Origin: Auanema rhodensis
Lineage: Eukaryota; Animalia; Nematoda
Length of the DNA: 64,000 bases
Assembly (NCBI GenBank): GCA_964057225.1
Contig: OZ059897.1
Span: 18,476,001-18,540,000, forward strand
Direction: 5' to 3'
Below, one piece after another: positions 55,246-64,000 of this stretch; position 1 is the first letter of the stretch; each line of letters begins with the position of its first letter. The notes beneath the pieces are model-generated. The model saw only the letters and a program-made list of their open reading frames with translations. It was not told where the DNA came from and searched no databases. The translations under genes and the position numbers were made by a program.

Positions 55246-58200
55246 ATTATTTCTTCAGGGTGAAAATCGAGGATATAAGTGTGAACTTATATCAGTTGAT
55301 ATCTCGGTGCATTTTTAAGCTAGCGCAAATCTGATAACACAGATCGACGCAGCTTAAAAATCCGCATCGAATGCACTATACTACATTGAAAAACGCTTGA
55401 TACAAAAATTAGTTATGATCGTTTAAAAAATGATGCATTAGTGTATGTTGAGTTTCCATGTACACTCAACATTGCTTCCAAAAACATTTTGACAAAATTT
55501 TTTTCGAAAAATTTCAAAATAATTTAGCAAAAAGTAGATGTTTTTAGATTCCTTTTTTCAAGGCAAAGACGATGGACAATGTTATTCAACGAAAAAATTA
55601 TTTCTTCAGGGTGAAAATCGAGGATATAAGTGTGAACTTATATCAGTTGATATCTCGGTGCATTTTTAAGCTAGCGCAAATCTGATAACACAGATCGACG
55701 CAACTTAAAAATCCGCATCGAATGCACTATACTACATTGAAAAACGCTTGATACAAAAATTAGTTATGATCGTTTAAAAAATGATGCATTAGTGTATGTT
55801 GAGTTTCCATGTACACTCAACATTGCTTCCAAAAACATTTTGACAAAATTTTTTTCGAAAAATTTCAAAATAATTTAGCAAAAAGTAGATGTTTTTAGAT
55901 TCCTTTTTTCAAGGCAAAGACGATGGACAATGTTATTCAACGAAAAAATTATTTCTTCAGGGTGAAAATCGAGGATATAAGTGTGAACTTATATCAGTTG
56001 ATATCTCGGTGCATTTTTAAGCTAGCGCAAATCTGATAACACAGATCGACGCAGCTTAAAAATCCGGATCGAATGCACTATACTACATTAAGAAACGCTT
56101 GATACAAAAATTAGTTATGATCGTTTGAAAAATGATGCATTAGTGTATGTTGAGTTTCCATGTACACTCAACATTGCTTCCAAAAACATTTTGACAAAAA
56201 TTTTTTCGAAAAATTTCAAAATAATTTAGCAAAAAGTAGATGTTTTTAGATTCCATTTTTCAAGGCAAAGACGATGGACAATGTTATTCAACGAAAAAAT
56301 TAATTCTTCAGGGTGAAAATCGAGGATATAAGTGTGAACTTATATCAGTTGATATCTCGGTGCATTTTTAAGCTAGCGCAAATCTGATAACACAGATCGA
56401 CGCAGCTTAAAAATCCGCATCGAATGCACTATACTACATTGAGAAACGCTTAATACATAAATTAGTTATGATCGTTTGAAAAATGATGCATTAGTGTATG
56501 TTGAGTTTCCATGTACACTCAACATTGCTTCCAAAAACATTTTGACAAAAATTTTTTCGAAAAATTTCGAAATAATTTAGCAAAAAGTAGATGTTTTTAG
56601 ATTCCATTTTTCAAGGCAAAGACGATGGACAATGTTATTCAACGAAAAAATTAATTCTTCAGGGTGAAAATCGAGGATATAAGTGTGAACTTATATCAGT
56701 TGATATCTCGGTGCATTTTTAAGCTAGCGCAAATCTGATAACACAGATCGACGCAGCTTAAAAATCCGCATCGAATGCACTATACTACATTAAGAAACGC
56801 TTGATACAAAAATTAGTTATGATCGTTTGAAAAATGATGCATTAGTGTATGTTGAGTTTCCATGTACACTCAACATTGCTTCCAAAAACATTTTGACAAA
56901 AATTTTTTCAAAAAATTTCAAAATAATTTAGCAAAAAGTAGATGTTTTTAGATTCCATTTTTCAAGGCAAAGACGATGGACAATGTTATTCAACGAAAAA
57001 ATTAATTCTTCAGGGTGAAAATCGAGGATATAAGTGTGAACTTATATCAGTTGATATCTCGGTGCATTTTTAAGCTAGCGCAAATCTGATAACACAGATC
57101 GACGCAGCTTAAAAATCCGCATCGAATGCACTATACTACATTGAGAAACGCTTAATACATAAATTAGTTATGATCGTTTGAAAAATGATGCATTAGTGTA
57201 TGTTGAGTTTCCATGTACACTCAACATTGCTTCCAAAAACATTTTGACAAAAATTTTTTCGAAAAATTTCGAAATAATTTAGCAAAAAGTAGATGTTTTT
57301 AGATTCCATTTTTCAAGGCAAAGACGATGGACAATGTTATTCAACGAAAAAATTAATTCTTCAGGGTGAAAATCGAGGATATAAGTGTGAACTTATATCA
57401 GTTGATATCTCGGTGCATTTTTAAGCTAGCGCAAATCTGATAACACAGATCGACGCAGCTTAAAAATCCGCATCGAATGCACTATACTACATTAAGAAAC
57501 GCTTGATACAAAAATTAGTTATGATCGTTTGAAAAATGATGCATTAGTGTATGTTGAGTTTCCATGTACACTCAACATTGCTTCCAAAAACATTTTGACA
57601 AAAATTTTTTCGAAAAATTTCAAAATAATTTAGCAAAAAGTAGATGTTTTTAGATTCCATTTTTCAAGGCAAAGACGATGGACAATGTTATTCAACGAAA
57701 AAATTAATTCTTCAGGGTGAACATCGAGGATATAAGTGTGAACTTATATCAGTTGATATCTCGGTGCATTTTTAAGCTAGCGCAAATCTGATAACACAGA
57801 TCGACGCAGCTTAAAAATCCGCATCGAATGCACTATACTACATTAAGAAACGCTTGATACAAAAATTAGTTATGATCGTTTGAAAAATGATGCATTAGTG
57901 TATGTTGAGTTTCCATGTACACTCAACATTGCTTCCAAAAACATTTTGACAAAAATTTTTTCGAAAAATTTCGAAATAATTTAGCAAAAAGTAGATGTTT
58001 TTAGATTCCATTTTTCAAGGCAAAGACGATGGACAATGTTATTCAACGAAAAAATTAATTCTTCAGGGTGAAAATCGAGGATATAAGTGTGAACTTATAT
58101 CAGTTGATATCTCGGTGCATTTTTAAGCTAGCGCAAATCTGATAACACAGATCGACGCAGCTTAAAAATCCGCATCGAATGCACTATACTACATTGAGAA

Positions 58201-61200
58201 ACGCTTAATACATAAATTAGTTATGATCGTTTGAAAAATGATGCATTAGTGTATGTTGAGTTTCCATGTACACTCAACATTGCTTCCAAAAACATTTTGA
58301 CAAAAATTTTTTCGAAAAATTTCGAAATAATTTAGCAAAAAGTAGATGTTTTTAGATTCCATTTTTCAAGGCAAAGACGATGGACAATGTTATTCAACGA
58401 AAAAATTAATTCTTCAGGGTGAAAATCGAGGATATAAGTGTGAACTTATATCAGTTGATATCTCGGTGCATTTTTAAGCTAGCGCAAATCTGATAACACA
58501 GATCGACGCAGCTTAAAAATCCGCATCGAATGCACTATACTACATTAAGAAACGCTTGATACAAAAATTAGTTATGATCGTTTGAAAAATGATGCATTAG
58601 TGTATGTTGAGTTTCCATGTACACTCAACATTGCTTCCAAAAACATTTTGACAAAAATTTTTTCGAAAAATTTCGAAATAATTTAGCAAAAAGTAGATGT
58701 TTTTAGATTCCATTTTTCAAGGCAAAGACGATGGACAATGTTATTCAACGAAAAAATTAATTCTTCAGGGTGAAAATCGAGGATATAAGTGTGAACTTAT
58801 ATCAGTTGATATCTCGGTGCATTTTTAAGCTAGCGCAAATCTGATAACACAGATCGACGCAGCTTAAAAATCCGCATCGAATGCACTATACTACATTAAG
58901 AAACGCTTGATACAAAAATTAGTTATGATCGTTTGAAAAATGATGCATTAGTGTATGTTGAGTTTCCATGTACACTCAACATTGCTTCCAAAAACATTTT
59001 GACAAAAATTTTTTCGAAAAATTTCGAAATAATTTAGCAAAAAGTAGATGTTTTTAGATTCCATTTTTCAAGGCAAAGACGATGGACAATGTTATTCAAC
59101 GAAAAAATTAATTCTTCAGGGTGAAAATCGAGGATATAAGTGTGAACTTATATCAGTTGATATCTCGGTGCATTTTTAAGCTAGCGCAAATCTGATAACA
59201 CAGATCGACGCAGCTTAAAAATCCGCATCGAATGCACTATACTACATTAAGAAACGCTTGATACAAAAATTAGTTATGATCGTTTGAAAAATGATGCATT
59301 AGTGTATGTTGAGTTTCCATGTACACTCAACATTGCTTCCAAAAACATTTTGACAAAAATTTTTTCGAAAAATTTCGAAATAATTTAGCAAAAAGTAGAT
59401 GTTTTTAGATTCCATTTTTCAAGGCAAAGACGATGGACAATGTTATTCAACGAAAAAATTAATTCTTCAGGGTGAAAATCGAGGATATAAGTGTGAACTT
59501 ATATCAGTTGATATCTCGGTGCATTTTAAAGCTAGCGCAAATCTGATAACACAGATCGACGCAGCTTAAAAATCCGCATCGAATGCACTATACTACATTA
59601 AGAAACGCTTGATACAAAAATTAGTTATGATCGTTTGAAAAATGATGCATTAGTGTATGTTGAGTTTCCATGTACACTCAACATTGCTTCCAAAAACATT
59701 TTGACAAAAATTTTTTCGAAAAATTTCAAAATAATTTAGCAAAAAGTAGATGTTTTTAGATTCCATTTTTCAAGGCAAAGACGATGGACAATGTTATTCA
59801 ACGAAAAAATTAATTCTTCAGGGTGAAAATCGAGGATATAAGTGTGAACTTATATCAGTTGATATCTCGGTGCATTTTTAAGCTAGCGCAAATCTGATAA
59901 CACAGATCGACGCAGCTTAAAAATCCGCATCGAATGCACTATACTACATTGAGAAACGCGTGATACAAAAATTAGTTATGATCGTTTGAAAAATGATGCA
60001 TTAGTGTATGTTGAGTTTCCATGTACACTCAACATTGCTTCCAAAAACATTTTGACAAAAATTTTTTCGAAAAATTTCAAAATAATTTAGCAAAAAGTAG
60101 ATGTTTTTAGATTCCTTTTTTCAAGGCAAAGACGATGGACAATGTTATTCAACGAAAAAATTATTTCTTCAGGGTGAAAATCGAGGATATAAGTGTGAAC
60201 TTATATCAGTTGATATCTCGGTGCATTTTTAAGCTAGCGCAAATCTGATAACACAGATCGACGCAGCTTAACAATCCGCATCGAATGCACTATACTACAT
60301 TGAAAAACGCTTGATACAAAAATTAGTTATGATCGTTTGAAAAATGATGCATTAGTGTATGTTGAGTTTCCATGTACACTCAACATTGCTTCCAAAAACA
60401 TTTTGACAAAAATTTTTTCGAAAAATTTCAAAATAATTTAGCAAAAAGTAGATGTTTTTAGATTCCATTTCTCAAGGCAAAGACGATAGACAATGTTATT
60501 CAACGAAAAAATTAATTCTTCAGGGTGAAAATCGAGGATATAAGTGTGAACTTATATCAGTTGATATCTCGGTGCATTTTTAAGCTAGCGCAAATCTGAT
60601 AACACAGATCGACGCAGCTTAAAAATCCGCATCGAATGCACTATACTACATTGAAAAACGCTTGATACAAAAATTAGTTATGATCGTTTGAAAAATGATG
60701 CATTAGTGTATGTTGAGTTTCCATGTACACTCAACATTGCTTCCAAAAACATTTTGACAAAAATTTTTTCGAAAAATTTCAAAATAATTTAGCAAAAAGT
60801 AGATGTTTTTAGATTCCTTTTTTCAAGGCAAAGACGATGGACAATGTTATTCAACAAAAAAATTATTTCTTCAGGGTGAAAATCGAGGATATAAGTGTGA
60901 ACTTATATCAGTTGATATCTCGGTGCATTTTTAAGCTAGCGCAAATCTGATAACACAGATCGACGCAGCTTAAAAATCCGGATCGAATGCTTTATACTAC
61001 ATTAAGAAACGCTTGATACAAAAATTAGTTATGATCGTTTGAAAAATGATGCATTAGTGTATGTTGAGTTTCCATGTACACTCAACATTGCTTCCAAAAA
61101 CATTTTGACAAAAATTTTTTCGAAAAATTTCAAAATAATTTAGCAAAAAGTAGTTGTTTTTAGATTCCATTTCTCAAGGCAAAGACGATAGACAATGTTA

Positions 61201-64000
61201 TTCAACGAAAAAATTAATTCTTCAGGGTGAAAATCGAGGATATAAGTGTGAACTTATATCAGTTGATATCTCGGTGCATTTTTAAGCTAGCGCAAATCTG
61301 ATAACACAGATCGACGCAGCTTAAAAATCCGCATCGAATGCACTATACTACATTGAAAAACGCTTGATACAAAAATTAGTTATGATCGTTTGAAAAATGA
61401 TGCATTAGTGTATGTTGAGTTTCCATGTACACTCAACATTGCTTCCAAAAACATTTTGACAAAATTTTTTTCGAAAAATTTCAAAATAATTTAGCAAAAA
61501 GTAGATGTTTTTAGATTCCTTTTTTCAAGGCAAAGACGATGGACAATGTTATTCAACGAAAAAATTATTTCTTCAGGGTGAAAATCGAGGATATAAGTGT
61601 GAACTTATATCAGTTGATATCTCGGTGCATTTTTAAGCTAGCGCAAATCTGATAACACAGATCGACGCAGCTTAAAAATCCGCATCGAATGCACTATACT
61701 ACATTGAAAAACGCTTGATACAAAAATTAGTTATGATCGTTTGAAAAATGATGCATTAGTGTATGTTGAGTTTCCATGTACACTCAACATTGCTTCCAAA
61801 AACATTTTGACAAAAATTTTTTCGAAAAATTTCAAAATAATTTAGCAAAAAGTAGATGTTTTTAGATTCCTTTTTTCAAGGCAAAGACGATGGACAATGT
61901 TATTCAACGAAAAAATTATTTCTTCAGGGTGAAAATCGAGGATATAAGTGTGAACTTATATCAGTTGATATCTCGGTGCATTTTTAAGCTAGCGCAAATC
62001 TGATAACACAGATCGACGCAGCTTAAAAATCCGGATCGAATGCTTTATACTACATTAAGAAACGCTTGATACAAAAATTAGTTATGATCGTTTGAAAAAT
62101 GATGCATTAGTGTATGTTGAGTTTCCATGTACACTCAACATTGCTTCCAAAAACATTTTGACAAAAATTTTTTCGAAAAATTTCAAAATAATTTAGCAAA
62201 AAGTAGTTGTTTTTAGATTCCATTTCTCAAGGCAAAGACGATGGACAATGTTATTCAACGAAAAAATTAATTCTTCAGGGTGAAAATCGAGGATATAAGT
62301 GTGAACTTATATCAGTTGATATCTCGGTGCATTTTTAAGCTAGCGCAAATCTGATAACACAGATCGACGCAGCTTAACAATCCGGATCGAATGCTTTATA
62401 CTACATTAAGAAACGCTTGATACAAAAATTAGTTATGATCGTTTGAAAAATGATGCATTAGTGTATGTTGAGTTTCCATGTACACTCAACATTGCTTCCA
62501 AAAACATTTTGACAAAAATTTTTTCGAAAAATTTCAAAATAATTTAGCAAAAAGTAGATGTTTTTAGATTCCATTTCTCAAGGCAAAGACGATAGACAAT
62601 GTTATTCAACGAAAAAATTAATTCTTCAGGGTGAAAATCGAGGATATAAGTGTGAACTTATATCAGTTGATATCTCGGTGCATTTTTAAGCTAGCGCAAA
62701 TCTGATAACACAGATCGACGCAGCTTAAAAATCCGCATCGAATGCACTATACTACATTGAAAAACGCTTGATACAAAAATTAGTTATGATCGTTTGAAAA
62801 ATGATGCATTAGTGTATGTTGAGTTTCCATGTACACTCAACATTGCTTCCAAAAACATTTTGACAAAAATTTTTTCGAAAAATTTCAAAATAATTTAGCA
62901 AAAAGTAGATGTTTTTAGATTCCTTTTTTCAAGGCAAAGACGATGGACAATGTTATTCAACAAAAAAATTATTTCTTCAGGGTGAAAATCGAGGATATAA
63001 GTGTGAACTTATATCAGTTGATATCTCGGTGCATTTTTAAGCTAGCGCAAATCTGATAACACAGATCGACGCAGCTTAAAAATCCGGATCGAATGCTTTA
63101 TACTACATTAAGAAACGCTTGATACAAAAATTAGTTATGATCGTTTGAAAAATGATGCATTAGTGTATGTTGAGTTTCCATGTACACTCAACATTGCTTC
63201 CAAAAACATTTTGACAAAAATTTTTTCGAAAAATTTCAAAATAATTTAGCAAAAAGTAGTTGTTTTTAGATTCCATTTCTCAAGGCAAAGACGATAGACA
63301 ATGTTATTCAACGAAAAAATTAATTCTTCAGGGTGAAAATCGAGGATATAAGTGTGAACTTATATCAGTTGATATCTCGGTGCATTTTTAAGCTAGCGCA
63401 AATCTGATAACACAGATCGACGCAGCTTAAAAATCCGCATCGAATGCACTATACTACATTGAAAAACGCTTGATACAAAAATTAGTTATGATCGTTTGAA
63501 AAATGATGCATTAGTGTATGTTGAGTTTCCATGTACACTCAACATTGCTTCCAAAAACATTTTGACAAAATTTTTTTCGAAAAATTTCAAAATAATTTAG
63601 CAAAAAGTAGATGTTTTTAGATTCCTTTTTTCAAGGCAAAGACGATGGACAATGTTATTCAACGAAAAAATTATTTCTTCAGGGTGAAAATCGAGGATAT
63701 AAGTGTGAACTTATATCAGTTGATATCTCGGTGCATTTTTAAGCTAGCGCAAATCTGATAACACAGATCGACGCAGCTTAAAAATCCGCATCGAATGCAC
63801 TATACTACATTGAAAAACGCTTGATACAAAAATTAGTTATGATCGTTTGAAAAATGATGCATTAGTGTATGTTGAGTTTCCATGTACACTCAACATTGCT
63901 TCCAAAAACATTTTGACAAAAATTTTTTCGAAAAATTTCAAAATAATTTAGCAAAAAGTAGATGTTTTTAGATTCCTTTTTTCAAGGCAAAGACGATGGA

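Larger units (their letters stand above)
50829..59106 (+). repeat. 12-monomer tandem duplication (4139-bp period, each unit led by a deletion monomer)
   Basis: The deletion junction (50969, 55108), GCAACTT monomers (51458, 55597) and GTGAACATCG monomers (53564, 57703) all recur at offset 4139. Confidence 0.88.
1..64000. repeat. Tandem satellite DNA array, 351-bp monomer, ~183 copies, running off both window ends
   Basis: The monomer start ATTA(A/T)TTCTTCA(G/T)GGTGAAAATCG recurs at 1, 352, 703 ... 3511, 7021, 14041, i.e. exactly 1+351n. A hand count of monomer 1 gives 111/351 G+C. No non-satellite sequence was seen. Confidence 0.99.
16653..64000 (+). repeat. Right sub-array, forward orientation, ~136 monomers
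   Basis: It resumes at monomer position 77 (AGCGCAAATC). Monomer starts are 16928+351n up to 48167, then shift by four 73-bp deletions (e.g. a start at 57001). Confidence 0.97.

Noticed and set aside
1-64000. CRISPR array or repeat-spacer system
   Set aside because: There are no unique spacers. The variable segment at 143-160 differs only by point substitutions, and no associated genes are present.

Overview
The whole 64 kb window is a single tandem satellite-DNA array of about 183 copies of a 351-bp monomer (~32% GC), with copies differing by only a few substitutions. I see no genes, transposons, RNA genes or CRISPR arrays. The two listed 63-aa ORFs are satellite monomers in which a TAG has mutated to CAG. 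The array is eukaryotic-type (heterochromatic or possibly centromeric), but I cannot name the family or organism. Four kinds of structure break its regularity. (1) A 2402-bp block at 14252-16653 is in reverse orientation. Its diagnostic SNPs show it is an inverted duplicate of 16978-19379, forming a ~5.1-kb quasi-palindrome, and it sits at the boundary between two sub-arrays with different variant sets. (2) Four 278-bp monomers share one 73-bp microhomology-flanked deletion. (3) Several local, nested higher-order repeats are present (3-, 4-, 5/6- and 12-mer periods) plus dispersed block duplications. (4) The monomer is rich in dyad symmetry, and most rearrangement breakpoints fall in its hairpin loops or palindrome centres. 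All SNP tracking was done by eye and should be confirmed by alignment.
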